Source: Octopus sinensis
Lineage: Eukaryota
Assembly (NCBI RefSeq): GCF_006345805.1
Contig: NC_042997.1
Coordinates: 108,748,001 to 108,812,000 of the forward strand
Reading direction: 5' to 3'
Length of the DNA: 64,000 nt
This document shows, piece after piece, positions 1 to 13,758 of this stretch (position 1 is its first letter; every line of letters starts with the position of its first letter). The notes below the pieces were generated by a model. It was not told the origin of the DNA. It saw nothing but the letters and a program-made list of their open reading frames with translations, and searched no databases. The translations under genes were made by a program, and so were the position numbers.

Positions 1-109
1 CACACACACACACACACACACGCACACACACACAAACACCAGGGACGTGCCGCCTAGTTAGGCAAGGTAGGTACTGCCTACCTTGAATAAAATAGATCGA
101 TAGCAGCAT

Positions 110-295
110 TTTCTTTTATAGGAAATTGGAATTGAGTGTCCAGTAGAACTGTTACAAACGGTTTGCCCCCTGGCACGGCCATAATTATCAGTAAAGTATT
201 GGATAGCTGAAAAGAATGGATAACATGGTACCGCAGGCTGCAGGTAGTAAGCCAGCTACGCATGTAAAACTCCAGGAGCTTCAACAAAACCTGTG
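110..295 (+). mobile_element. 3' end of an R4/Dong-type (RLE) non-LTR retrotransposon, 5'-truncated, followed by (TAA)n
   Basis: + strand reads EIGIECPVELLQTVC/(frameshift)GTAIIISKVLDS*, resembling the R4/Dong C-terminus (LQKxxLLGTAxIIRKVL). A short 3'UTR follows, then (TAA)n at 306-465. Confidence 0.65.
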
Positions 296-304
296 ATAAA
301 GAGA

Positions 305-305
<1 letters not shown>

Positions 306-368
<63 letters not shown>

Positions 369-370
369 TA

Positions 371-465
<95 letters not shown>
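306..465. repeat. (TAA)n microsatellite
   Basis: Directly visible. Confidence 0.95.
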
Positions 466-468
<3 letters not shown>

Positions 469-696
469 TTAACTTTAAAAAAAAAAAATGAACGAACTAT
501 TGAGTTTGGTTTAATGGCCTACCAATGTATACTATGAGTTTCTTTGCCCTAGGAGTCGGGAAGACACCCGGCAAGAAATGGAAGCAAATTTGAAAGAAGA
601 AGAAGAAAAAAAAAAAATAATAATCATCATAATTTGCGGGTGATATATACAAAAATGTTACATGTATGCAGCCAGTGACCAGTCAATATCTTTTGC

Positions 697-800
697 ATTC
701 CTCCGCCGAGGTTGACTTTACCTTTCATCCTTTCGGGGTCGATAAGTCAAGTACCAGTTGCGTACTGGGTCGATCTAATCGACTGGGCCCCTCCCCCCCA
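697..800 (+). mobile_element. SINE family B fragment
   Basis: ccgccgaggttgactttacctttcatcctttcggggtcgataa...gtaccag is shared with 4912-5122 and 9771-10520. Confidence 0.75.
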
Positions 801-832
801 AATATACATACATACATACATACATACATACA

Positions 833-929
<97 letters not shown>

Positions 930-1023
930 CGGGAAGCTTACGAAAATAAACAAAAGACGAAGGCAGGTGGAGTACAAACAAACAATTGTATTAGTATGGC
1001 GTTCAGGAATAGAAATAAAACAA

Positions 1024-1061
1024 GTCTTTTTCGTTTCGAGCCTACGCTCTTCAACAGAAAG
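1024..1061 (-). ncRNA. Hammerhead ribozyme-like motif (type I, variant core)
   Basis: cuuu-CUGUUGA-A-GAGC-guag-GCUC-GAAACG-aa-aaag; the cleavage triplet appears mutated. Paralogue at 44698-44732. Confidence 0.6.
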
Positions 1062-1806
1062 ATACAGAGAAAAGAAACACGGAGAGAAACAAGGAGACAA
1101 AAAAAATGCGTGCAGGAGCTAACGATTCAACATGGCGGTCTGATTTCGGCCAGAAGTCAGAGATCATACGTTAGACGCAAGAGGGATAGTAGGGGAGATA
1201 ACAAGGTCAAATGACCTCGTCCCAACATAAGGGTGCGTGTGTGTATGAGAGAGTATGTATGTGCGTATGAAAGGTCTGGACGTGTGTATGTATGTATGAT
1301 GTGATGTGTAATGTCGTATGTGTGTAGTGTAGTGTCGTATGGTGTAGTGTAGTGGGTGGGAGGGGGGAAAAGCCCATGTGGGGTGTGGTTTCGGCTGGGG
1401 GTTGGGGTAGAGTGGGGGTTGTGGGGAGAGTGAAAGGGGAGAGAAGAGAGAGGAAGGAGTGGAAGAGGGAAGAGAGATGAGGGGGGAGAGAGATGAGGGG
1501 GAGAGGGGAGGAGGAGGGAGGAGAGATGAGGGGAGGGGAGAGAGGAGATGAGATGAGGGGGTGAGGGGGGAAAAGAAGGAAGGAGAGGAGAGGGAAGGGG
1601 AGGGCGAGAGGGGGAGAAGGAAGGAGAGGAGAAGAGGAGTGGGATGGGAAAGGATGGGAGAGGAGGGGGAGGGGGAAAGAAGGGGAGTGAGGGAGCAGAG
1701 AGAAAGAGAGAAGGGAAGAGGGAAGAAGAAAGAGGAAAGAAGAGGAGGGAAAGAGAGTAGGGGTGAAAAGATGAAGGACTGAAGAGAAGTAGGAGTCGGG
1801 GGGAGG

Positions 1807-2076
1807 TTAGATGAGAAGGGGTGAGTTGAGACCAAATGGCGTGAAAGAGCGAAGAGAGAAGATTAATTCCTGTTCACGGCGCAAACGGGAATCTGGATGG
1901 CCTCTGTGCAAGGACAATCCGAACACAGACAGGTGTTGCAAGGAGTGACCGGTGGAGCGGAAATGGCGTGAGACCGGTGTGTCGTTGGCAAGGCGGATGT
2001 CACGGAGGTGTTCCGCGAACCGATCAGCCAAGCGGCGTCCCGTTTGTCCGATGTACAGGGAATGGCAGAGAGAGCA
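1807..2076 (-). pseudogene. PLE GIY-YIG endonuclease domain (5'-truncated)
   Basis: YIGQTGR, RFAEH, VSRHF, E..I..L....P.GLN motifs. Confidence 0.85.
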
Positions 2077-2080
2077 GGAT

Positions 2081-2144
<64 letters not shown>

Positions 2145-2230
2145 CCCTCTATATACCTACCCTCTTTGTAATGTTGGCAAATGGAATAAGTATAAAACTG
2201 AACTTGTCAATTTATTTAAAAAAATTCCAT

Positions 2231-2320
2231 ATGTGGCTGAAGATTGCTCTACATTTTAAAACTGATGTAATATTTACATTGTTTAATTAAATGAAGTAGC
2301 ATGAAACGATTGTACTACAC
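2231..2320 (+). ncRNA. Hammerhead ribozyme, type I, long stem-II insert
   Basis: ugugg-CUGAAGA-u-UGCU...AGCA-u-GAAAC-gauu-GUA-cuaca; stem I ugugg/cuaca. Confidence 0.75.
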
Positions 2321-2364
2321 TACCTTTGGATATCCTTGTTGCTTATTTTGATATATATATATAT

Positions 2365-2757
2365 AGGAGTGGCTGTGTGGTAAGTAGCTTGTCTACCAAC
2401 TACATGGTTCCGGGTTCAGTCCCACTGCGTGGCACCTTGGGCAAGTGTTTTCTACTGTAGCCTCGGGCCGACCAAAGCCTTGTGAGTGGATTTGGTAGAC
2501 GGAAACTGAAAGAAGCCCGTCGTATATATTTGATATATATATATGCGTGTGTGTGTTTTGTGTCTGTGTTTGTCCCCTAGCATTGCTTGACAACCGATGC
2601 TGGGTGTGTTTATGTCCCCGTTACTTAGCGGTTCGGCAAAAGTGACCGATAGAATAAGTACTAGGCTTACAAAAGAATAAGTCCCGGGGTCGAGCTGTTC
2701 GATTAAAGGCGGTGCTCCAGCATGGCCGCAGTCAAATGACTGAAACAAGTAAAAGAG
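2365..2757 (+). mobile_element. tRNA-derived SINE family A, near full length
   Basis: A-box-like tggctgtgtgg, B-box-like ggttcagtcc, internal (TA)/(TG) tract, tail ...gactgaaacaagtaaaaga; more than 10 copies or fragments in the window. Confidence 0.9.
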
Positions 2758-3210
2758 TATATATGAGGAAGGTATTGTTTGTAAAAACAAAGTGCTCTCA
2801 TATGTCTGTGTCTGTTACATAAAGGGGTGGTTAAAATCAGTAGATATATATTCTGTGGTACCGTGTAACATTGAAATAAATGATGGTTGACACACCAATA
2901 ATATTAAACAGATCAATGACCTCAATCACACATTTGGTGATGATAACCCTAACCCGCCCACCCTGTTTTGCTATATCACATGTAGAGGGAGACAGTGAGC
3001 CACAAATATTACACGAAATAAAGATATGTAAGGTTTCTCAAAAGCGGAATATGAATGTTGAAAAGATATTTCTGAATCCGTTACTGTCATCATAATTAAC
3101 TCTTGCGATGCTTGATTCAGTCAATTTCTTTGTTCACCAATGTGCAATATATTTTTAACCTTAATCCATATTTATTCGCGTGAACCTTCATCTCTCTCTC
3201 TCTTCCTCTT

Positions 3211-3249
<39 letters not shown>

Positions 3250-4631
3250 CTCTCTATATAATATATATATATATATTATATACTATATGTGTGTGTGAGT
3301 ATGCATGTATATGTATAATGGAATATATATATATATATGAATATACATCTTATGTTTGTTTATGATATGTATGTATAGATAATACAAGTGCATATATAAT
3401 GTATATACAATATATTTGTATATATATTTATACATAATATTTATATGCTTGCATACGCATACATACATATATACATGCTCACACAATTTATACATATACG
3501 TGCATGTATATATGTGTGCGTATGTCTGAGTATGGTATATGTGTGTGAGAGCGTGTTTTCTCGATTTTTGTTTTCCTTCTTACATTCTCTACACAATATT
3601 GAAATATCTGATATTCATTTTGGCTCTAATCTAATTTCATCATTTATTTTCGCTTGTGACTTTCGCATATTTATTCATAATAAAAAAAGAACAAAAACAA
3701 CTGCAGTCTTCGCACGAGAATCATTCATTCTCTTACATCATTCTTCATCTTTCTACATTCTCATGCGTAACTCAACTTTTATATTTTTCCCCCAATGCTT
3801 TTCAATTACCTTTTACCTATAATAGCTTCCTAATACATATTAATTGAACTATTTATTTTCCACATGCATTCTACTTTTCCGGCTGTCTTGACAGCTCATT
3901 AACTTACTCCCCAGGTGTCGCCACCCTATAAGGACATGATACAAAATTTCCTCCGTTGAAATTTCGACATTTTCCTCCCCAACGTATTAATTAATAATAT
4001 AAAGCAACAATTATTTTTTGCCCAAATATCTCTAGAATGCAATGTCTCCTTCTATTCAACTGTATTAGCCTGCTACCCTCACACACATAACTGACTTTAT
4101 ACATACACCATCAGCAATACAAATGCAGTATGCGTAATACCCTGTCTACTTCATCTTCGATATAGAAGGACTCTGGTGATCAATGTTGACCATGAATGAA
4201 CACGTGTGCAGCAGAACTGGACAAGATTTCTTGAAGAGCAAGCAATTGTCCATGCATATTTGACACAAATGCTTATTTGAGGGGAAACACCATCGACATG
4301 GGCCCATGTTTTCACTTGTTTTGCTGTCAGAACACAAGAAGCTGAAATGGACACCAAACGGACAGCTGCACCTGAGCCTCTTTCATTTCTGAAAATCCAC
4401 TGCCTGGGATTGGCACATTTTTATCGATTCCGAATGGATTAAAGGTGAAGTAGGCCTCAGTGGGATTTGAACTCAGTTTCGGGAGGTTCAGAACAAATCC
4501 AGCGAGATATTCTATCCACAACTTTCTCTTATTATTCTGAAACTTGAATAAGTCTTTTAATTATTCAATTATGATAAATACGTTGCACTCTACTGGGTCG
4601 TAATTTAGCATTGAGGCATTATGTTCCAGCG

Positions 4632-4698
<67 letters not shown>

Positions 4699-4911
4699 CA
4701 CACACACACACTAATCTTATCGTTATTATTACAGGAATAACTGTAAGTATTTACTGATAACAGGATTCAGTACACTTAAGTTAATCTCGAGGAAGTTGTC
4801 ACCCTGCTACAACCAAAACCATGCAATGGTCTACGTAGCCGTCCGCCTCCATTTAAATCACATGACCTCGTATATCCAATGGTAACTGAGCTCACCGGTA
4901 TTCAATTGGGA

Positions 4912-5122
4912 AAGGCGGCGAGCTGGCAGAGACGTATTTCGTCTGCCGTAACGTTCTGAGTTCAAATTCCGCCGAGCTCGACTTTGCCTTTTATCCTTTC
5001 GGGGTCGATAAATTAAGTACCAGTTATGCACTGGGGTCGATATAATCGACTTAATCCGTTTGTCTGTCCTTGTTTGTCCTCTCTATGTTTAGCCCCTTGT
5101 GGGTAGTAAAGAAATAGGTATT
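4912..5122 (+). mobile_element. SINE family B copy
   Basis: ggcggcgagctggcaga head, gagttcaaatt B-box-like motif, body nearly identical to the units at 9771-10305. Confidence 0.85.
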
Positions 5123-5794
5123 CAGTTGGAGGCCATCTTTGAAGCCCAATGAGGCCAAAACTAAGTACTTCACAAGTATACGAAAACTTAGGCACGTTTC
5201 TGTGTATCTTTCACCTGTAACATCAAGATACAAAGATATTCAACTGTGCCTTGATAGATAATGAAAAAAAGAAAATAAAGAAAATAAAAGAAGAAATACC
5301 GACGTGAAATACACAAAGTCTAGAAGATTCGAAACGTCACTCTATAGTTTATAGCATAAAGTATTACAGATGATGTGTGAATAAAAATATGTATGTGAAA
5401 ATATAATACATATCACTAAACTTTAGCTAGATTCGAACTTCCATCCAATTCTGCAATAAATAAAGACTCTTACCTCGGTCGAAAAGGAAAAGCAAAGTAA
5501 AAGAATTTTACTGGATTGAAACAGTGGGAAAACAATCTGTTGTCACGTAAATGGTATCGAAAAAAAGAAAGGAAATTAATACTTCTTTATCTATTTATCT
5601 ATATCTTCACACATATAGCCTCGTACACAGACATACACACTCATACACACACGAATATATATAAAATAAATACATGCATATACATGTATATACATAAATA
5701 CATGCGCACACATATATGTGTATATACATTATACACACATGGATGTATACATGTACATATGAATGTATATTGATATCTATATTTCTCTTTCTCA

Positions 5795-5832
<38 letters not shown>

Positions 5833-5923
5833 CTACACACATACATACCTGTATATATTATACCTACTAATGAAAATAAGCCTGTCATATACACACGCAT
5901 ATATCTATCTATCTGAATGCACA

Positions 5924-5964
<41 letters not shown>

Positions 5965-6907
5965 ATATGCACATTATATATGTGTAGGTTAAATGTGTTT
6001 TTATACATGCATACCTACATATATGTATATATACATATATGTACATATATATGAGTGTGTAGGTATGTGTACCTGTATATATATATATGTATATGTGTAT
6101 ATGTATATATATACATATATATGTATATATACATATATATGTATATGTGTATATGTATATATATATATACATATATATGTATATGTGTATATGTATATAT
6201 ACATATATATACATATATATAAGTTAACTTAACTATATATATGTATATATGTATATATACATATATATGTATATATGTATATATGTATATATATGTATAT
6301 ATACATATATATGTATATATGCATATATGTATATATATGTATATATACATATATATATATGTACACACACATATAAACACACACGCACACATATGTGTAG
6401 TAGACGGCCATCTTTTACAACATACTCAATATGGTCATATTTCATCTTGATAGGAATTAGACGATGATTTTATTGTTTTCAGTTGTGAATATCACAGAGT
6501 CGTCGTAGTTGTATTAGTGATAGTCGTATGAATAGTGATGGTGGTGGTGGTGGTGGTGGTGGTGGTGGTGGTATTAGTAGGAGTTGTAGAAGCACCCCCA
6601 CCCCTCCGAAAAAAGGAAAAAAGAAGTGAAACTGCAATTCTATCAAGTGTTTAGCCGATCTCCTCTAACTGAATGTCTTCAATTCATTTCTTTCTTTCTT
6701 TCTTTTTTTCTTTCTTTCTTTCTTTCTTTCTTTCTTTCGTTTCAAATGTCGACGTTTATATATACACACACACATATATGTATGTGTGCGTGTATATATA
6801 TATATATATATATATATACACGCACACATACATATATGTGTGTGTATGTGTAAGTGTGCTTGCATATGTATGTCTAGATGATATACAGACTATGTAAAAC
6901 ACACGCA

Positions 6908-6953
<46 letters not shown>

Positions 6954-7332
6954 TACATGCACACACATTATGTGCATGTGATTCCTGAAGCATCCATAAG
7001 TATATTTACACACACGTAAACACATACACACTTACAACCGTGCATGCACATACACAAACACACGTACGCATACACACACACACATTGCACGCACACACAC
7101 CTCATATTCTTCGAGAATGGCTTTCTTGTAAGCAAAACCATTGCAGAACAATCGTCAACAATGGCCATGTCTGTGAATATAGCAGATGGATGACTTGTGG
7201 AGATGAAGTATTCCGATATTATGATCTTAGCAACTCCAACCAAACATAAATGCAATCATTGACACAGATACTATATACACCCTCTCTCTATCCTTCCCTC
7301 CCACCCATTTCTCTTTCCCTATGTATATTTGG

Positions 7333-7386
<54 letters not shown>

Positions 7387-7441
7387 GTATACATTCACTC
7401 ATATGTACATATTTTTACATATATTCATTGATGCATAATAT

Positions 7442-7492
<51 letters not shown>

Positions 7493-7795
7493 ATACTACG
7501 TACATGTACCCGCGCGTATGTGTGCATTATCATAGGTATAAAAGACACACACACACACGAATACGCATATATACACATTCACATATTCATGTTCATATAT
7601 GCAGGTATATGTACGTATGTGTGTATATATGCATGTTTACGTAGGTGTGTGCGTTATGCATTCTCTAATTTATACTTACATATCGCGTATTATCCGTATG
7701 TATATTGACATTAACGTGTATATAATAGCCAAACGTGTAACTGTCTAAACGTACGCACACAGTGCAAATACGCAGAATAATGAACACACACGCAA

Positions 7796-7871
<76 letters not shown>

Positions 7872-7980
7872 TATATATTAATACATACATACATACACAC
7901 ACACACATGTATATATATATGTAAATATTATATATATATATATACTTATATACATGAATACGTTTATGTATGTACGTATG

Positions 7981-8016
<36 letters not shown>

Positions 8017-8745
8017 GGGAATATATATATACATGCACACGTAGGTGTATATAAACACACAGCTATACACAGATGCGCACACAAACACTCCCAAACACAT
8101 ACATACACACATATAGAAAACAAGAAAATAGCACAGAAGTCCTCGCCTCAAAAGAAACCTCATGTCTCCTTCATCCATTTTCTGTCCCTCTTTTTTTTTT
8201 TATTCCAGCCTCCTCCAAGATGTATTATTTAAATGACCGACCTTTAGTTTTGAAGAAATAAAATAGATGTATCGATCTTTTCCTATATCCAGAGCTCTAG
8301 AATCAATAAATGTAAGAACAGAAAGAAAACGAAAACAAAGAAAACGAAAAGAACGCAAAACTGCACAAAAAAAAAATAGGAAGAAAATATGTTTCGATAT
8401 CAGAAAGAAGACAGAAAAAAGGAAAAGAAAAACGACAGAATAAAGATAGAATGTTGCCAAGAATGAATAACGTATTAGGAGTTAGAAACGGGATTCCTGG
8501 ACTTGGGACTTAAGGGAGAGTTAGGGGCGACATTGAGAACCGTTTTATTTTGTGGGAAATATTTCGTCGGAGTCGATGCTGTGAATGCCTCGTCGGCGTT
8601 GTTGGTGTTGTCGTTGTTGTTGTCGTTATTGTTGTTCACGTCGTCTACGTCGTTGTTATTGTCACTGTTCTTGTTCTTCTTGTTGTTCTCGTTGTCTTTC
8701 TATTGTTGGTGCTGATGCTGCCGTCGCTATTGTTGTTGTTGCTGT

Positions 8746-9098
8746 TGAGCGAAGCGGTCTTCATCCGTAGTGGGAGAATTCCGAAACATGGTCCTTTGCT
8801 ATTCGTATGACCCGCAGAAGAGAAAGCAGGTCAACCCCCGATACCGAGAGCATCAACGGATGGATGAATGCGCATCCACGCTCAGCGGTTGCGTAGGAAG
8901 TCGGGGACAAGAAACAGGAAGAAAGAGTGAAAGAAAGTTGGAGCGAAAGAGTACAACAGGGGTCCCCCCCCTGCCGGAGCCTCGTGGAGCTTTAGGTGTT
9001 TTCGCTCAATAAACACACACATCGCCCGGTCTGGAAATCGAAACCGCGATCCTCCGACCGCGAGTCCGCTGCCCTAACCACTGGGCCATTGCGCCTCC
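8746..9098 (-). mobile_element. tRNA-derived SINE family C
   Basis: Minus head ggcgcaatggcccagtggttagggcagcggactcgcggtcggaggatcgcggtttcgatttcc (A/B boxes), ending in a (CAA)n-like tail. Confidence 0.8.
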
Positions 9099-9770
9099 AC
9101 TTGTAATTGCCATTGTTGTTGTTGTTGTTGTTGTTGTTAATGTTACAGTTATATTGTTATTGTTGTTCACGTCGTCTACGTCATTGTTGTTATCGTGTTC
9201 TTGTTCTTCTTGTTGTCTTTCTATTGTTGGCGTTGATGCTGCCGTCGCTATTGTTGTTGTTGTTGCTACTTTTCAGCCCCAGGTCGGTTCTGATTGTGTA
9301 GGATTATGATCAAAAGTATTTCAGATACGACCACCACTATCTCTTATTCAGAAGAATGATCCGGGAGAAATTACCCAGCGGCACCTTCTGCATGAAAAAA
9401 CAAAAAGCTAATTATGATCTAACATACCCAATGTAGTGAAACCAACCGAGAGGGAACTAATAAGATCGAAACATGTCAAGAGTTCTCTCCCTTACTTACC
9501 AAACACCTCACGACATACTTCATCGTTAATCTTTTTGGATTTTATATTTATCCACCTTACCTTTCCTGATAAAAATTAATCATGAATGTTAATGAATGTA
9601 TTTTTTCACTGCGTGTATAATACTGAGTTATTAATTTATCAATTAATTAAAAAAATTTATTGGTTCATTCTCCACATGGCATATGTTAGTTTCCAAACCA
9701 CTTGGCCATTGCGCCTCTACGACGTACTCTATAGACCATAGAATTCCATGTCAGATAATGTCTGTGCTAT

Positions 9771-10305
9771 GTATTTCGTCTGCCGTTACGTTCTGAGTTC
9801 AAATTCCGCCGAAGTCGACTTTGCCTTTCATCCTTTCGGAGTCGATAAATTAAGTACCAGTTACGCACTGGGGTCGATATAATCTACTTAATCCGTTTGT
9901 CTGTCCTTGTTTGTCCTCTCTCTGTTTAGCCCCTTGTGGGTAGTAAAGAAATAGGTATTTCGTCTGCCGTTACGTTCTGAGTTCAAATTCCGCCAAGGTG
10001 GACTTTGACTTTCATCCTTTCGCGGTCGATAAATTAAGTACCAGTTACGTACTGGGGTCGATGTAATCGACTTAATCCGTTTGTCTGTCCTTGTTTGTCT
10101 CCTCTATGTTTAGCCCCTTGTGGGTAATAAAGAAACAGGTATTTCGTCTGTCTTTACGTTCTGAGTTTAAGTTCCGCCGAGTTCGACTTTGACTTTCATC
10201 CTTTCGGAGTCGATAAATTAAGTACTAGTGAAAACACTGGGGTCGATGTAATCGACTGGCCCCTCCCCTAGAATTTCGGGCCTTGTGCCTAGAGTAGAAA
10301 AGAAT
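9771..10305 (+). repeat. Head-to-tail tandem of three SINE-B body units (184-bp period)
   Basis: gtatttcgtctg starts at 9771, 9955 and 10139. Confidence 0.9.
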
Positions 10306-10321
10306 ATATTTTAAAAAGCTT

Positions 10322-10520
10322 AAGGTGGTCAACTGGCAGAATCGTTAGCACGCACGGACACAACTGCTTAGCGGCATTTCGTCCGTCTTTACATTCTGAG
10401 TTCAAATTTCGCTGAAGTCGACTTTGCCTTTCATCTTTTCAGGGTCGATGAAATAAGTATCATTTACGCACTGAGGTCGATCTAATCGACCTATCCACCC
10501 ATCAGCGCAATTAGTGGCTT
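10322..10520 (+). mobile_element. SINE family B copy with head
   Basis: aaggtggtcaactggcagaatcgttagcacg...gagttcaaatt... Confidence 0.8.
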
Positions 10521-10625
10521 TGTGCCAAGTCTTCGTACTAATATACTTGAAAACATTTACTTTATGATGTACATGCACACATGCACAAATAAACAACACG
10601 CATATATATAAATATATATATATAT

Positions 10626-10935
10626 ATTCTTTTACTTGTTCCAGTAATCTGACTGCGGCTATGCTTGAGCACTGCCTTAAAGGGTTTTTAGTCGAAGAAA
10701 TTGACTCCAGGACTAATTCTATGTAAGCCTATGTAAGCTGAACCGCTTGATTACAGGGACGTAAACACACCAACATCGGTTGTCAAGCGATGGGGATGGG
10801 AGACAAATGCAGACAGACAGACTCACACACACACACACACAAATATATATATACACGATAGGCTTCTTTCAGTTTCCGTCTACCAAATCCACTCACAAGG
10901 CTATATCGTAAAAGACATTTACCCAAGTTGCCACG
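10626..10935 (-). mobile_element. SINE family A, degenerate
   Basis: Reverse-complement similarity to 2365-2757. Confidence 0.75.
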
Positions 10936-11429
10936 CCTACACACACACACACACACACACACCACACACACACACGTCATTTTAGACAATTTGATTCGGC
11001 TCCATAAGACTTATAGTTTTGTACCCCAATCAAACTGTTTTAATTAATAATACATGGAACTCATACTAAATGTGATGAGTGCCTTTTGCTTTCGCCTGAC
11101 CACTCACTCGAGTGTGTGTGTAAAAAATAAAGCCTCTTTTAAGAAAAGCAAAGATATATACATACAATTAAATGATTTGAGGTGGAATTATGAGGTATAA
11201 AAATCATTATTATGAATCATTATAGAGATCCAGACATACCGGTATCGTCAGAGCTGATCACTGAATGAACACCGATTTCCAAACGGTGATGGGTCTTACA
11301 TGCAAGGGAGATAAGCAGTTCTAGAAGTGATGCAATTAAGGTAGATAGAAATACTGGAATATGAATGGTGTATGGGATGTATGGAGATTAGTGGGATTAT
11401 TGGTATTGGTAAGGTTAGTAGTGTCCTGT

Positions 11430-11760
11430 ATTAAGTTGTGTGTTTATGTTGAGTTGTGGAAAATATTTATTAATGAAAGTTGCCTCTTTATTTAATCTTT
11501 GCTGTTCTGTGAACATTGATTAAAATGGAAAACTAAGAAGTTCGGTTTAAGGCTCCTAGCACATCTATGTGCTCACTGACCTGTATCTGTCTGTATTGTA
11601 GGTAGCTGATTTGTTCTTTGTGAAGAGTTGCTCTTCGTCGGAGTGACATTCCTGTTTGGCCTATATAGTGATTTCCGCACCCTAAGCAGGTAATAGCATA
11701 GATTAAGTTTTCAGAGGCACAGGTGAAATATTTGATTTTATCTTAAATACGGTGGTAACG
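11430..11760 (-). pseudogene. Decayed PLE GIY-YIG endonuclease fragment
   Basis: Minus strand FTCASENLIYAITCLGCGNHYIGQTGMSLRRRATLHKEQI...VSEHI, with stops downstream. Confidence 0.8.
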
Positions 11761-12144
11761 GAGGTTTAACAACATCGTTGTGTACAAAAACGAGAGTCCA
11801 AGAAGTAAAGCTTCCTTCAAGGCAGAGTTAGAAATGCAATTGTCACGTAGGTAAGAGGATTTAAACAAGGACGATATGTTCAAAATTGGTAAAACTAAAA
11901 ATTGTCGCGGAAAAATTAAATTTATTATTGTTACTGAATATGTTAGTGTTATTTAATTTATGAACGGTTTTGCTACCGTTTGTTAATGTACTTTGATTTC
12001 TTTATCTATCAGTTTCTACTAAAATAGAAACGCGAGTAAAATTAATAGAGAAACGAAAACAAAACTTCGGAAACAGCCTAAAGGGAGACAATTGAGAGCG
12101 ACTTGAAAGTCAACTTAAGATCGTAATCATGTTAAGTAAAGTAA

Positions 12145-12315
12145 AAATGAAAAATAATCCATAATCCTTGTCCGGTACCGGATCGATCCCAAAATCTAAT
12201 CAGTTTGTGCCTGTCACGAGGCCAAACATCTCTGAAAGTTTTATCCGAATCCATCCATGGAAAAACAAACACGACAGAAAACGATATCATCACCTTCGCT
12301 AAGGCGGAGGTAATA
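12145..12315 (+). mobile_element. Possible Helentron/HINE-like non-autonomous element, 3' part
   Basis: Palindromic tccggtaccgga and terminal hairpin ccttcgctaaggcggagg followed by taat. Confidence 0.4.
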
Positions 12316-12469
12316 AAAATAGAAATTACAATATATGTAAGATAAAAATAATAAATATAAATAAAATAAAGTAAAAATTTAAATAAAGATAAAACCGTTA
12401 TAAATATGAATGTTTATTGTCTGTTAATTTATGTGGGTGTGTGTGGATGGATGTTTATTATCTAGGTTG

Positions 12470-12506
<37 letters not shown>

Positions 12507-12663
12507 CATGTTAGTAATAAGCTAATTAAATCAAATCAGTTTATTTATACATGCGTTTGTTTATATTTGTTTGAAAATAAAAGTCGATCTCTATAGTCAT
12601 TTATTACAGTTAATAATTATATTTGTGTGTGTATGTACATGTATGTATAAATGAAAAGACACC

Positions 12664-13070
12664 AGGAGTGGCTGTGTGGTAAGTAGCTTGCTAACCAACC
12701 ACATGGTTCCGGGTTCAGTCCCACTGCGTGGCATATTGGGCAAGTGTCTTCTGCTATAGCCCCGGGCCGACCAATGCCTTGTGAGTGGATTTGGTAGACG
12801 GAAACTGAAAGAAGCCTGTCGTATATATGTATATATATATATGTATGTGTGTGTGTGTGTTTGTGTGTCTGTGTTTGTCCCCCTAGCATTGCTTGACAAC
12901 CGATGCTGGTGTGTTTACGTACCCGTCACTTAGCGGTTCGGCAAAAGAGACCGATAGAATAAGTACTGGGCTTACAAAGAATAAGTCCCGGGGTCGATTT
13001 AATCGACTAAAGGCGGTGCTCCAGCATGGCCGCAGTCAAATGACTGAAACAAGTAAAAGAGTAAAAAAGA
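12664..13070 (+). mobile_element. SINE family A, full length
   Basis: Co-linear with 2365-2757. Confidence 0.9.
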
Positions 13071-13578
13071 GATAATGTTAATATTAGATAGACATCAATA
13101 TACATTATACGTAACGGTAGGATAATAAAATATATAAGTATATTTATATTTGCTTGTGCATAATAATTTGAAAATGAAAGCTAACCATTATAGCCTTGAA
13201 TTAAATAAGTATATTTATATTCGTGTGTATATTTATTTGAGAATAAAAACTAATCGTTAGTCATTCATTATTATTTCTATGCTTATGTGTTTGTGAGTAC
13301 ATGTATTTATACATGCTTACGTTGAATGCATTTACGGGTAGTAAACACAAATAACTAAACGTGCTTTCATCTCCTTAGTCTGTTGGAGCATCTCAACCGA
13401 TCAACATGTAGCTTCCTTAATGTCCATTGGCCTTGATGATATTTTGCTCTGAATCTTCAAAATGCAAACTCATTTTATTCTATGTTTGTAATTTGTATTG
13501 AATTAAAATTGAAACAATTGTAGGCAATGCTAATTAATAAATTGATTTATATCCATTAAATATCTCCATTTTCATACT

Positions 13579-13637
<59 letters not shown>

Positions 13638-13672
13638 ATGATAATAATATATATATATGTATATATGTTATA

Positions 13673-13758
<86 letters not shown>

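Larger units (their letters stand above)
928..2076 (-). mobile_element. Penelope-like element 3' portion: GIY-YIG endonuclease, CT-rich UTR and HHR-bearing pLTR
   Basis: Minus strand 2076-1807 reads CSLCHSLYIGQTGRRLADRFAEHLRDIR...PVSRHF...REQELIFSLRSFTPFGLN, a PLE-type GIY-YIG. An HHR motif lies downstream at 1024-1061 and both ends abut (TA)n. Confidence 0.85.

Noticed and set aside
78-287. Minus-strand ORF as a genuine host exon
   Set aside because: The opposite strand is better explained as an R4/Dong retrotransposon C-terminus plus (TAA)n, and no partner exons were found. Kept only as an exonisation candidate.
1164-1835. 223-aa Ser/Pro/Leu ORF
   Set aside because: CT-rich low-complexity UTR of the Penelope-like element
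4140-4390. Complex sequence with two short minus-strand ORFs
   Set aside because: No recognisable motif or good splice acceptor; possibly an old TE fragment
9020-9098. tRNA gene (also 32230-32304 and 35155-35232)
   Set aside because: A/B boxes are present but the acceptor stem is incomplete and the sequence continues into a SINE body
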